In this document: positions 27,926 to 37,806 of the stretch, in pieces
How positions within the stretch are numbered: the first letter of the stretch is position 1
How the letters are laid out: each line of letters starts with the position of its first letter
NCBI GenBank assembly: GCA_963759275.1
Contig: CAVWYZ010000014.1
Coordinates: 865,201-929,200 of the forward strand
Reading direction: 5' to 3'
DNA: 64,000 nt
Source: Candidatus Acidiferrales bacterium
GTDB taxonomy: Bacteria; Acidobacteriota; Terriglobia; Acidiferrales; UBA7541
Made by a program: the position numbers and the translations under genes
Notes under the pieces: model-generated
Told to the model about the DNA's origin: nothing
Seen by the model: the letters and a program-made list of their open reading frames with translations, nothing else
Database searches by the model: none

Positions 27926-28282
27926 ATGCCATTCAACTTCATGACCCTATCAAGAGTGGATTTGCCGGTAAGCCAAACTGAAGGCCGGAAGATTCTGGAA
28001 CGCGATCAATTCTGCTGCAGGTACTGCGGATTGGACGGCAAGACCAGCTTTGAAAATGCGCTGGTCATGTCCGTTGATTTCGTTGTGCCAAGGGCTCGCA
28101 AGGGAAAGAAAGATCCTGCCAACTTGGTGGCGTGCTGCCGTCCGTGCAACATCATCAAGGGCAAGCGGGTCTACAAGAGCTTCGAGGATGCCAAGAAATA
28201 TGTGCTCGCGCGGCGCGAAGAGATTCGCAAGTCTTGGGAGGCCGAGCACTCTCAGCCGATGGCGAAGGCGGCTTCCGCTTAA
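27926..28282 (+). CDS. Small HNH-fold protein (CxxC...CxxC zinc sites), catalytic His position occupied by Phe
   Basis: RDQFCCRYCG...SVDFVVPRARKGK...NLVACCRPCN..KG. Confidence 0.75.
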   Translation: MPFNFMTLSRVDLPVSQTEGRKILERDQFCCRYCGLDGKTSFENALVMSVDFVVPRARKGKKDPANLVACCRPCNIIKGKRVYKSFEDAKKYVLARREEIRKSWEAEHSQPMAKAASA

Positions 28283-28602
28283 TCGGTTTCGAATGGGCGC
28301 GGACACCACGGACCGAAAAAACGATTCGTGATTTGCGAATTTGGTAGCCTTGGTGCCCGGGCCACCTCGTTGGTCTCGGCATTTGCCGAGATGAGAGTTC
28401 ATTGGGCGTTGGTGATCGTTCCGATAACTCATTGTCGACCTTGCCCTGAACTCTTTGTGGATGCCTGCGCCGGTTGTTCCTAAAATTCAAAGACAGTGGG
28501 ATCACGCGGCCGCCGGTCGCCCCTGAACATGCGGTTTAATTCTTGACAGGCTGTCTGTCTCGCCGATCCTACAATTTAGTGCAAGCGGGAGGTGATTCAG
28601 GG

Positions 28603-29316
28603 ATGCGGGTGACCAGATTCATTCTCGCTTGTTTCATCATTGTCTCGGTCGCGCTCCCTCTCCGTGCTAGGCCTAATGGCGGCACAGTTATCGGTATCGT
28701 CAGGTTTCAGGGGACCCCACATAAGAGGGCACCGCTCGACCTAGCCAAGGAACCCGCCTGCGTGAAAATGCACGCAGCCGATCCGCTATTGAACGAAACG
28801 GTCGTAACCGGTCGCGGAAATGGGTTAGCCAATGTGGTCGTGTATATTTCCGCTGGCGAGGCAAATACCGATATGAGCCCGGCCGGCACTGCGGTCTTCG
28901 ATCAAAAAGGCTGCCGCTGCAAGATGCATGTTCTCGCGGTCCGAGTCGGTCAGGAGATCAAGATCGGGAATAGCGACCCAGTAGCTCACGACATCCATCC
29001 GCTCGCCAAGGTGAATCGCGAATGGAGCCGCATTCAGCCTCCGAAAACGCCGCCTTTTTCCTACTCCTACGAAAACGAAGAGTTCATTCCCGTTAAATGC
29101 AATATTCATCCTTGGATGCAAGGTTATTTTGTGGTCTTGAAGACCAGCCATTTGGCCGTGACCGCTGAGGACGGGGTATTCCGCTTGCCGGATCTTCCGG
29201 CGGGTAAGTACACGGTTGCCGCCTGGCATGAATCGCTGGGAACCCAGAGCCAGGAGATTTCAGTCACCGACGGGGAGACCACCACCATCTACTTCACCTT
29301 TCCCGCAAGGCCCTGA
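28603..29316 (+). CDS. Secreted carboxypeptidase-regulatory-like / cupredoxin-like protein
   Basis: Signal peptide; G.ANVVVYI, FDQKGC, CNIHPWM (type-1 Cu-like C-x-x-H-x-x-M), DG.F.LPDLPAGKYTV.AWHESLG. Confidence 0.75.
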   Translation: MRVTRFILACFIIVSVALPLRARPNGGTVIGIVRFQGTPHKRAPLDLAKEPACVKMHAADPLLNETVVTGRGNGLANVVVYISAGEANTDMSPAGTAVFDQKGCRCKMHVLAVRVGQEIKIGNSDPVAHDIHPLAKVNREWSRIQPPKTPPFSYSYENEEFIPVKCNIHPWMQGYFVVLKTSHLAVTAEDGVFRLPDLPAGKYTVAAWHESLGTQSQEISVTDGETTTIYFTFPARP

Positions 29317-29546
29317 AGGTGAAGAACCCATTCCCTACGGACCGATATTCCCAGTTCCAACCCTCCAGCTAGGAGCAATTGGTACCGGGAGTTCCGTATC
29401 TTGACTTTCCCTTCAATGAGAAACAAGATTCGCAAACCTCTGGAGGTACCCGCGCCCTCTGGGAAGTGGAGCAGGGTATGTCCGTCATCCGCAGAATTGC
29501 TCCAAGTGTATTCGTAGTTTTGCATCTGCAGTGACAGGAGCCCGCC

Positions 29547-29780
29547 ATGACCAGTCATCTACAGCCAAGTACAACGGAATGGAAAGTAGAAGGAATAGGG
29601 TCGGCAGCGAAGATCATAGCTACCTGCCAGCTGTGTCACACGTCACGGACGTTTCAGGGTGTACCCGTTAAGGTCGTTAAACAATTATTGAAACACAATC
29701 TCTGCGATGGACTTGTTGAATCTATCCCGACTGAGATCCGAAACTTGTATTGGGACCGTACGGTTGTTTCACAGTGTTGA
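29547..29780 (+). CDS. Small hypothetical protein with a CxxC motif
   Basis: AGGAG RBS 7 nt before ATG; CQLCH motif. Confidence 0.4.
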   Translation: MTSHLQPSTTEWKVEGIGSAAKIIATCQLCHTSRTFQGVPVKVVKQLLKHNLCDGLVESIPTEIRNLYWDRTVVSQC

Positions 29781-29918
29781 GTTAACGGATTGGGGCAGTA
29801 GTGCTGCTCTAGCCAGTAACACGTGGCCCAAGTCGCGAGTTTCGAGTGCGGACCGACCTCCGCACAAAAGATGGAAAAGTCACGTCACTGGAAATATGCC
29901 TTCGATCGGAGGGGATAG

Positions 29919-30713
29919 TTGAGCGAACGACTTAAGGGAAAAGTCGTTATCGTCACGGGCGCGGCACAGGGCCTCGGGTTCGGCTGTGCAAGCCTGATCG
30001 CATTTGAAGGTGCAACGGTAGTGCTGGGGGATTTGCAGGTGGAGCGAGGGAAGCTCGCCGCCGCGAAGATTCTAGCGGCCGGGGGCAAAGCGCAATTTTG
30101 CGAAGCAGACGTAAAGAGTGAAAAAGCATGTTCCTTGCTCGTAGAGAAAACGGTGAAAACTTTTGGAAAGCTCGATGGCCTGGTGAACAACACCGGTTGG
30201 TTTCCACGCGCCACCCTAGAGGCAACGACCACTGAACTTTGGGACGAGGTTATAAACGTCAACCTTCGTGGATCGTTCTATTGCTGCAAATATGCCATGC
30301 CTGTGATGCGAAAAGGTGGGGGCGGAAGCATCATAAATATGGGATCGATCTGTGGGATCCAGGGCTTGCCAAACCTTGTGGCGTATGGCGCAGCCAAAGG
30401 TGGGCTGCTGTCGCTGACTCGCACCCTGGCCGGTGCACTCGCCGAGCATCGAATCCGAGTGAATTACGTTATTCCCGGCTGGGTACTGACCGAGGGAGAA
30501 CTGGCACTACACGAGGCGCAAGGCCGAACGGAAGAAGCTCTAAGAGAGGAAGGAAAAAAGCTGGCGTTGGGGCGCCAACAGACACCGCTCGATACGGCCT
30601 TTGCCGTTGTGTATTTGTTAAGCGACGAAAGCTCGCAGGTTACCGGGTCTGCTTTGCACGTTGATGCCGGAGCTTCCAGTTTGCCCATCGCACCCGGCAC
30701 ATATCCGGGATAG
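29919..30713 (+). CDS. Short-chain dehydrogenase/reductase (SDR)
   Basis: TGAAQGLG, LDGLVNNTG, NMGS, YGAAK and VNYVIPG motifs. Confidence 0.92.
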   Translation: MSERLKGKVVIVTGAAQGLGFGCASLIAFEGATVVLGDLQVERGKLAAAKILAAGGKAQFCEADVKSEKACSLLVEKTVKTFGKLDGLVNNTGWFPRATLEATTTELWDEVINVNLRGSFYCCKYAMPVMRKGGGGSIINMGSICGIQGLPNLVAYGAAKGGLLSLTRTLAGALAEHRIRVNYVIPGWVLTEGELALHEAQGRTEEALREEGKKLALGRQQTPLDTAFAVVYLLSDESSQVTGSALHVDAGASSLPIAPGTYPG

Positions 30714-30899
30714 AAGCCAGCAATTCATGGAAGTCAGCTAAACGGGCCGACAAGTTCGAACTAGAACGGCCGTGTCAATCCAAGGGATCTTGCCGTTTAG
30801 CCATGTCACCTACCTCTGCGGTGAAAACGTTCCGCTTAGACTGGCAACTCCGCTAGTCTTTGGCTGATCACGAAGCGGATTACTCCTGGATTCTCTCTG

Positions 30900-31620
30900 G
30901 CGGGATCAGGCAAAGTTCGGGCTGGCTCATTTGACCGGGACCGTGCAAACGCGTGGTGACGCAGAAGTGGTCAACCTCAAGTTGAACGCTCCAGGTATGC
31001 CCATCGAAGAACTGGAGGCGATGTTGCCAGCACTGGGCATCGCGCTTCCCAGCGGGTCACAACTGAAGGGCGGCACGCTCTCACTGAAGCTCGATGTGGC
31101 CGGGCCTGTAGATAAACTCGTCATCACAGGTCCGGTGCAACTATCCGGCAGCAGCCTCGCCGGCTTCAACCTGGGAGAAAAAATGGGTGCAATGGCGGCT
31201 TTTGCAGGTAAGGCAGCGTCCAAGCCCGACACAGAGATCAAAAATTTCAGCCTCAATGCTCGCGTCGCACCGGAAGGTACAAAAGCGGACAACATCAACC
31301 TCGATGTACCTGCCATCGGCGTGATCACTGGAGCCGGCACTGTAAGCTCAGCGGGAGCTCTTGATTACAAGATGCTGGCGAACCTGAGCGGCGGAGCCGT
31401 AGGTGGCGTGACAAAGGTGGCAACCGCAGGCAGCGGCAAAGGTGGAGTTCCTTTCGCTATAACTGGCACAACCTCGGACCCGAAATTTGTTCCTGATGTT
31501 GGAGGAGTCGTGGGAGGTGTGGCCACCGGCGCAGTCAAAGAGGCTGCTAAAGCCCCGGGAACCGCCGTATCAGCGCCGACCAAGGCAGTCGGTGGCCTGG
31601 TCAGCAAGAAAAGCAATTAG
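30900..31620 (+). pseudogene. 5'-truncated AsmA-family gene (C-terminal ~230 aa only)
   Basis: AHLTGTVQTRG..VNLKL....MP..EL.AMLPALG..LPSGSQLKGG is typical of the AsmA C-terminus; no N-terminal domain or good start upstream. Confidence 0.6.
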
Positions 31621-32047
31621 TACAATTCACCGGGCATTCGCAGACAAGGCATTATCACGCTGCTCAGCAGTCTGACTATCCAGAGAATCGACGTCCAGAC
31701 ATTTGCCCTCAGACCATGTTTGTGGGCCAACCGCGCCGCCGGTCTCGTGCTGCTCGTCTGGCGTCCCAGTACCGGGAAGGGAAGCCGGTACCAAGTTCCC
31801 AAGAATCGCACGCGCGTGCCATCTACGAATTCATCGGTTGGTACTGTTCCGAGCCGCGCTTGGGCTTCAACAGTAGTGTTGTCCTTCGACATCGATTCTT
31901 TCTCGAACAGAAGAACTCCGCGCCTTTGACAATAAACGCAACTTGGGACTGGAAGACGCCTGACAGAGCATCTACGTCTCCGAACCGGACCCCGGGACCG
32001 TCTCGGTGAATTCGCGCCAAACGCAGAGCGAGGACGAAGAAATCTAG

Positions 32048-32344
32048 TCACACCAACTCAATCATCACCCTGCGTCCGACCATCGCCGCCGCACGTTGAA
32101 GGCTAGAAAGCGTGATGTCATTTTTCGGATTGAGGAGCCGGTCAACCTGGGTACGGCTCGTCTTGAGCAGTGTGGCCATCTTGTTTTTGGATATCTTCTG
32201 CTTCCTCATGGCTTCGTCGAGCTGCCACGCGACCACCTCCTTGATTGCTTGCGCTTGCGATTCCTCAAAGATGCCCTCTTCCTTCAGGAAGTCATCAATG
32301 CTCGAACCCATGTATTTCTTGCGATTCTTGTGCTTTTTGCTCAT
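32048..32344 (-). CDS. XRE/HTH antitoxin (HigA-like)
   Basis: GSSIDDFLKEEGI.EE..A.AIK.V.AWQL..AM....ISK..MA..LKTSR.QVDRLL.P...TL.SL.RAA. Confidence 0.85.
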   Translation of the reverse strand: MSKKHKNRKKYMGSSIDDFLKEEGIFEESQAQAIKEVVAWQLDEAMRKQKISKNKMATLLKTSRTQVDRLLNPKNDITLSSLQRAAAMVGRRVMIELV

Positions 32345-32703
32345 CCTCGTAACTCCTTCCGGCGCTTCCGCGCCAAGGCCAAATCATCATCCAGCGTCGT
32401 ACGTGTTTTCTTGATAAACCCGTGCAGTGCGACAAGGTGCTCCTCGTGAAGGCAGCGCAGCACACGTGATGTCCGTTTCGTGGGGAGGTCCGTCCGGACT
32501 TCCCACAAACCGTTCCCCATCGGCCGGCAGAGCGGCATCCCGACGGGCCACCTCCATTGCGCACGCAAGAGGTCTTTCCCTATGGCGTGGCGCTCGATTT
32601 CAGGCAACCCTTTCAACCACTCTCGCACGGGCTCAGTTCCCGATTGCAGCCGGCAAAAAATCAGTGGGATCTTTCGCGGCCGCTGCTCTTCTTCTGCCAT
32701 CAT
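32341..32703 (-). CDS. RelE/ParE-family (Gp49/DUF891-like) toxin
   Basis: SGTEPVREWLK.L...ER..IG.DL..Q..WP.GMPLCR.MG.GLWEVR..L..LHGFIKKT; ATGA coupling to the antitoxin. Confidence 0.85.
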   Translation of the reverse strand: MMAEEEQRPRKIPLIFCRLQSGTEPVREWLKGLPEIERHAIGKDLLRAQWRWPVGMPLCRPMGNGLWEVRTDLPTKRTSRVLRCLHEEHLVALHGFIKKTRTTLDDDLALARKRRKELRG

Positions 32704-32999
32704 GCACCTTATGTAGTACAACTGTACCATAACAAGTACAACCATGCAAACATTTTGGCGAGAAAGGATTTTGTGGTCGATTGATGGTCCGACAACTGTT
32801 CTCGAGGTTATCCAAAAGGGGTTCTCTTACACGAGGGCAAGGGCTCGCAGCACGGCTACTACAATAACGTCCACACTGATAACGGCTGGGAAGGGAAGTA
32901 CACGCTCGCCAAGGCGCAGTCCCGCTGACCAATGAGAAAACTACTCTACTAAGGTTGCACTCGGTCGGGTTGTGATCTGTCCGGGATTCCCTTGCCACT

Positions 33000-33153
33000 G
33001 GCTCGCAAGGGGAAGAAAGATCCTGCCAACCTGGTGGCTTGCCGTCCGTGCAACATCATCAAGGGCAAGCGGGTCTACAAGAACTACGAGGATGCCAAAA
33101 AATACGTGCTTGCGCGGCGCGAAGAGATGCGCATGGCTTGGGAAGCCGAGCAC
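33000..33153 (+). pseudogene. 3' fragment duplicating 28093-28249 of the HNH-fold gene
   Basis: ARKGKKDPANLVAC-RPCNIIKGKRVYK..EDAKKYVLARREE.R..WEAEH; a 3-nt deletion removes one Cys. Confidence 0.8.
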
Positions 33154-33662
33154 GCAACGCTGCCGCTTCGCCATACGCGACTAGAACAACTCCAAGTGGA
33201 CGAAATCCGCCGCCACGTTGGTCCCCCCTATTGGCACGTTTCGTTCAATACGTCGCGGCACTGACCGTTAATCTCAGTTCCAGCACTTTGGTACCACTAA
33301 CAAGATGGAATCGGCCACTTTTTTGCGGGTACCGTCTCACCATGGGTTTTGCGGAATAGTCCATCTAACCTTTCCCATGCATCAGGAAGTCTGAGTGCCA
33401 GAGGTAAAGGCCGTGGACTCCTATTTCGGTTTCATAAAGAAGACAAATTAAAAGAGGAATCGATTCATGGAATCAATATATCTTGTAATCTGGCTCGCTG
33501 GCGGAGGTCTTGTGACCTACGTCAGCTTCTGTTTGCTCAAGTCTGCTGAGCGTCGCGATGATGCCGAGAATGAAAGATTGTGGCAATATTTGCTCCACCC
33601 CGGCACGCCTTGATATCGGCATAAAATCCCTAGAACCCGACGCGACGCCCGAATTCTAACGG

Positions 33663-33810
33663 CTATGGCAGCTTGGCGTACTTCGCCTTTGCACCAATCA
33701 GAATGGGGATGTCGGGGTCAGGCCACGGCATCTTTCCAGACTGTGAGAAAATCCTGATACGCCGCCTTGGCTTTTGCGGTGTCGCCCTGCATCGCATAAG
33801 CACGGGCGAG
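33663..33810 (-). pseudogene. 3' tail remnant of an acidobacterial Ser/Thr kinase-TPR gene
   Basis: LARAYAMQGDTAKAKAAYQDFLTVWKDA, a 7-nt insertion, then DPDIPILIGAKAKYAKLP*. Confidence 0.75.
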
Positions 33811-33912
33811 ACCTCACCGCGCAAGTGGTTTCCACGGAAAGTTCACACCAGTCCTCGATGGTCGGTGGACTTCTGAAATTCTGCTGCGGCGCTGCCGTCA
33901 CACTACCCTGCT

Positions 33913-34071
33913 CTACCGCTTGACCGCGTAATAGATGACGTACAGCCAACTGAGGATGCCGTGGAGAATCATCCAAAGAATGGAATGTTTGACGCTCCAA
34001 GAAATTGTGATTGCGAGCATGCTTCCGAAGCCCCAAAAACCGACGCCCGCCGACCCGCCTCTATTTTCCAT
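33913..34071 (-). CDS. 52-aa small membrane protein (absent from the ORF track)
   Basis: MENRGGSAGVGFWGFGSMLAITISWSVKHSILWMILHGILSWLYVIYYAVKR*; GGAG RBS; two hydrophobic helices. Confidence 0.7.
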   Translation of the reverse strand: MENRGGSAGVGFWGFGSMLAITISWSVKHSILWMILHGILSWLYVIYYAVKR

Positions 34072-34580
34072 GTCATCTCCGCCACGATTGCTGCTCTGAC
34101 TACCTTAGCAAGGGATATTCTACTCCGACGTACGACCTTTCACTTTGGGCCAGATTACCAAGACACGTGAAGGCCACTATTCCGGATGGTTCTACCGTGA
34201 ATTTGGCGATGCCAAGGCGGGGCGACGGCTTACTTCGTCGGTCGATAGTCGTGGCACTTGCACCCGGGGAAGTTGCAGGGACTGCGGACTGTGTCCTTTT
34301 TATTAATCGTCACTCGCCGGGCGTGGTGAATGGCTTTGCCATGGCCACAGCGGCACGGCTGCTTCGTGGGTCCTCTTGCCATCGGCAGAGTCTACCACGA
34401 CGGAAAGACACCTTAACGCAGGAGATACGGATTCGGGGGTGGTACTAACGGCGATTTGGGGTGTTAGGTAGGTTTTGGACTCCGTCAGCACCACCGTCCG
34501 TTGGCCTGAGCGTAGTCTTTAGTTTTGTGGGCTACAAGCGATTAACGCGGGCTGCCGGAAAAGTAGCTCCGTCCTTGGGG

Positions 34581-34814
34581 CTAGGTGCTGCGATTGGCGG
34601 ACGCGGGACAAAGTGAACACATGAATTCGTAGCCGATATGGTCCGACCGTCCTTGCGTGGTCGTCACCCAATGACGATTAGTCCACGGTGGGTTTAGGCG
34701 AACGTGCTGTTGATGTCCGCACTCGAGGTCAGCAACCCAGTCGAAGCGTTCATCCAAGTGGAAACCCACGATTTTTCGGAGGGAACCAGCAACTGGTGCA
34801 CGCATGGGCTTCAT
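34581..34814 (-). CDS. DUF3565-like small protein (start uncertain)
   Basis: IVGFHLD...WVADLECGH.QHVR.NPPW.NR.WV...GR...G....C..C pattern. Confidence 0.7.
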   Translation of the reverse strand: MKPMRAPVAGSLRKIVGFHLDERFDWVADLECGHQQHVRLNPPWTNRHWVTTTQGRSDHIGYEFMCSLCPASANRST

Positions 34815-34873
34815 TCTATTCCATTCCCTTTATGTTCTGCGGAAGGAGAACTTGTTCCGCTATGAGCGCGTAA

Positions 34874-35122
34874 CTACTGGAGGCGTGAATATTCAGCTAT
34901 GAATCGAACCTCCGGCGCATGGTGTCCATTCATGCCTGTCCTGAGTGTTTCTAATTCAGTCGCGGGAACAACAGACTCGCTAAACCCGCAACTCAGGCAC
35001 ACGAGCATCTCCTGACAGACATAGACCGGCGACAGTCTGAATCTTTGAATACCGGGAAAGGCGACGGCTAATTCTACTGGGAACTTCTGGAGGTTCTCCG
35101 AAGAGCAGGCTTTACAGGCCAC
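34874..35122 (-). CDS. Small Cys-motif hypothetical protein (CxxC...CxxC)
   Basis: GGAGG + GTG start; MACKACSSENLQKFPVELAVAFPG...LVCLSCGFSE..VP..EL..L. Confidence 0.65.
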   Translation of the reverse strand: MACKACSSENLQKFPVELAVAFPGIQRFRLSPVYVCQEMLVCLSCGFSESVVPATELETLRTGMNGHHAPEVRFIAEYSRLQ

Positions 35123-35382
35123 ATTTCCTCCAAGCCGAAGGTGTAGTTGTGAGGTAGGCGGCCTTGCAACTGCAGGAAGTCTAGCACAGCAAGCATTTCT
35201 GCTGTAATTCACCGGAGTTATTTTCGCGTGACACATGACAACCAAGTTGTGTAATCCGGGAGAAGGAGCGACCGTCAATCGCCATCTACGGTGATGAACG
35301 GACAAAAACCCAGTGGCCCCTTTTCGTGCTGCTTGTAGATGTCGATTTGTGAAGTTGCTCGTACGCTAGCCACGGATGTGCA

Positions 35383-37461
35383 TTAGGGTGCTTTATTCGA
35401 CGACGTTTTGGCCGCGGCGGCAGCCTGTGACAAGACATAGGCTTGAATCGCGTGCACTTGATCAGGCTTAAGCGCGTCATGGAACGAAGGCATGCCGCGT
35501 GATTCGCGAGCGCCTTCCAGCACGATGGATTCGAATTGATCTTGCGTCTCTGGAGTGGCATAGCGCAGGTCAGGAACGCTGGAGCCAGAGATTACGCCTA
35601 CTCCGTGGCAGTAGAAGCAGTAGCGCATATATAGGACATTGCCTTCGTGGATGGTGGCTGGTGCGGCATTCTTGTGAACCGCAACCGTCGGAAGCCCCTT
35701 GCGTCCGAATGGCGGAACTTCGAGGCTTGCGTTGGCACCAAGGGAAAAGGTCAGGACGCGGCCAAAGCCCCGCTTGACCGGGCCGCTGCCCGGGAGATTG
35801 ACTAGTCCGGCGGCGCCTCCCCAGCCAACCATGAGGGTCACATACTGAACTCCGTCCTGAAGATAAGTGACGGGCGGAGCCATGATGCCGGTGCCAGCGT
35901 CGAACTCCCAGAGTTTTTTCCCGTCGGTCGCGCGATAGGCGCACAGTATTCCGTCGGAGCGGCCTTGAAACACCAGGTTGCCTCCAGTCGCCAGGACTCC
36001 GCCGCTCTCGACCAATGGTAGGTCAGCACGCCACACTTCACGTTGCTCCACGGGATTCCACGCGATCAAATGGCCCGTCATGGGTGGAGCGGCCCGCAAT
36101 TTTGCCATCATGGGTCCGTCGTAGGATGCATCTTCACCGCGGTTCCAAAGCGTTGGGTTCGACTTCCAATTTCTGTCTGGAGCACTCAAGAAAGCTGAGC
36201 CTTCTCGTGCCGGTACATAAACCAGGCCTGTGGTGGGATGAAACGCCATGGGATACCAGTTATGTCCACCACCTGGCGATGGGGAAACGATGACGGCCTG
36301 CCAGCCATCGTGCGCGCTTGCCGATTCCTCTGGGCGCCCAGTTTTAGGGTCGATTCCATTGGCCCATGTGATCCCGTTTATGAACGCTTTTGCTGAGATG
36401 AACTGGCCGGTCTGGCGATCGAGCACGTAGAAAAATCCATTCTTCGACGCCTGCATAATGACCTTGTGCGTAACGCCGCCAATCGGCAAATCCGCGAGCA
36501 TCAGCGGTTGCGTGGCGTCATAGTCCCAGTTGTCTCCCGGCGTTACCTGATAGTGCCAAACCAGCTCGCCGTCGCTCGCTCGCAGCGCCAATATCGACGC
36601 CAGGTACAGATTGTCGCCCCCGCCTGGGCTACGCAGATCTCGGAACCATGAGATTCCGTTGCCCGTACCGGTGTAAACCAGATCGAGGTCGGGGTCGTAG
36701 ACTATGGAGTCCCATGGCGTGCCTCCGCCGCCTGCAACCCACCACTGTCCGTTCCAGGTTTTCGCTGCGGCTTCCAGTGCTTTGGACTCGAAGCCGCGGG
36801 CCGGATCGCCCGGCACTGTGAACGTACGCCAAATGAGTTTTCCGGTTTCCGCATCGTACGCGGAAATAAAACCCCGGACACCAAACTCTGAGCCAGCGTT
36901 CCCGATGAGAACTTTTCCTTTGGCGATTCGCGGAGCGCCAGTAATCGCATATGGTTTGGATTGGTCAACTGTGATTACATCCCACACGGGTTTACCGATC
37001 TTGGCATCCAGTGCGATCAGCCGTCCATCCAGCGTGCCGAGATAGACTTTGCCGTTGTAGAGTGCAACTCCTCGATTCACAACGTCGCAGCAAATCGTCC
37101 GGGCACGTGCACGAGGTACTTTGGGATCGAAGGTCCAGAGAATTTCGCCAGTCTTTGCCTCCAGCGCATACGCAACGCTCCACTCGCCCGTTGTGTAGAT
37201 CACCCCATTCGAGACAAGTGGTGTTGCTTCCAGCCCTCGCGTGGTGCCGAGTTCGCGATCCCACAACAGGCCGAGTTGGCCGATGTTTTGTTCGTTGATC
37301 TGGCTCAATGGGCTAAATCGTTGCTCGTCATTGGTCCTTCCGTGCATTGTCCAATCGACTCCCGCCGCGACTGCCGCTGTGGGAGAGGATTTCTTGCAAG
37401 CTCCCATGGTGAGGACCAGTGCGCCAACAAATAGCAGCGACATTTTGAGGTGCATCCTCAT
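35383..37461 (-). CDS. PQQ-dependent quinohemoprotein (type II) alcohol dehydrogenase, lipoprotein, with C-terminal cytochrome c
   Basis: Lipobox MGAC; GLEATP, vicinal CC (CCDVVNRG), GSEFGVRG, GTGNG, TPGDNWDYDATQP; heme motif CFYCH...VPDLRY. Confidence 0.92.
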   Translation of the reverse strand: MRMHLKMSLLFVGALVLTMGACKKSSPTAAVAAGVDWTMHGRTNDEQRFSPLSQINEQNIGQLGLLWDRELGTTRGLEATPLVSNGVIYTTGEWSVAYALEAKTGEILWTFDPKVPRARARTICCDVVNRGVALYNGKVYLGTLDGRLIALDAKIGKPVWDVITVDQSKPYAITGAPRIAKGKVLIGNAGSEFGVRGFISAYDAETGKLIWRTFTVPGDPARGFESKALEAAAKTWNGQWWVAGGGGTPWDSIVYDPDLDLVYTGTGNGISWFRDLRSPGGGDNLYLASILALRASDGELVWHYQVTPGDNWDYDATQPLMLADLPIGGVTHKVIMQASKNGFFYVLDRQTGQFISAKAFINGITWANGIDPKTGRPEESASAHDGWQAVIVSPSPGGGHNWYPMAFHPTTGLVYVPAREGSAFLSAPDRNWKSNPTLWNRGEDASYDGPMMAKLRAAPPMTGHLIAWNPVEQREVWRADLPLVESGGVLATGGNLVFQGRSDGILCAYRATDGKKLWEFDAGTGIMAPPVTYLQDGVQYVTLMVGWGGAAGLVNLPGSGPVKRGFGRVLTFSLGANASLEVPPFGRKGLPTVAVHKNAAPATIHEGNVLYMRYCFYCHGVGVISGSSVPDLRYATPETQDQFESIVLEGARESRGMPSFHDALKPDQVHAIQAYVLSQAAAAAKTSSNKAP

Positions 37462-37643
37462 GGGATCTCCCGAAAAGCCCGATTCAATTTCTCTTGGTTT
37501 CCACCTGACCGAATTGCGCACGCTGGCGAAGAGGATATGGGTGATTAGAAACTGAGATCAGTAGCGTGTCAAGAAGCGGAGCGGTCGCCAACGATGCAGG
37601 CTCTAGTTCAATCACCGAGCATGGTGCCTGATTGACGCTGCCA

Positions 37644-37762
37644 GCTCAGACGGTCGAAAGCTATTAACTAGACTTCGGATAGATCCAGCTGACAGAGCGG
37701 TCCTCTAAGAAGAGGTACTGTCGGATCGACTGATTCAATGGTGTTGCATCGACCGTCTGAGC
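37644..37762. other. 119-nt element with a perfect 14-bp terminal inverted repeat and nested internal stems (candidate structured RNA or MITE)
   Basis: gctcagacggtcga at 37644-37657 pairs with tcgaccgtctgagc at 37749-37762; internal gatcc/ggatc, gacag/ctgtc and cctct-aaga-agagg stems. Confidence 0.6.
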
Positions 37763-37806
37763 GCGCACGACTAGCCAGGCGCTTGGAATGTGAGCCTGTC
37801 CTGAAG

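Noticed and set aside
29289-29558. Minus-strand 89-aa ORF
   Set aside because: Overlaps both neighbours, no motif or convincing RBS.
30737-30801. 9-bp inverted repeat gctaaacgg/ccgtttagc
   Set aside because: Short, with a long loop and no supporting stems; plausible by chance.
31617-32051. Several overlapping short ORFs between the asmA remnant and the antitoxin
   Set aside because: No family motifs in any frame, so none can be supported.
37644-37762. c-di-GMP or SAM riboswitch, or intrinsic terminator
   Set aside because: No GEMM (GGCAAA..GACGCAAAG) or SAM-I consensus was recognisable and no U-tract follows; kept only as an unknown structured element.
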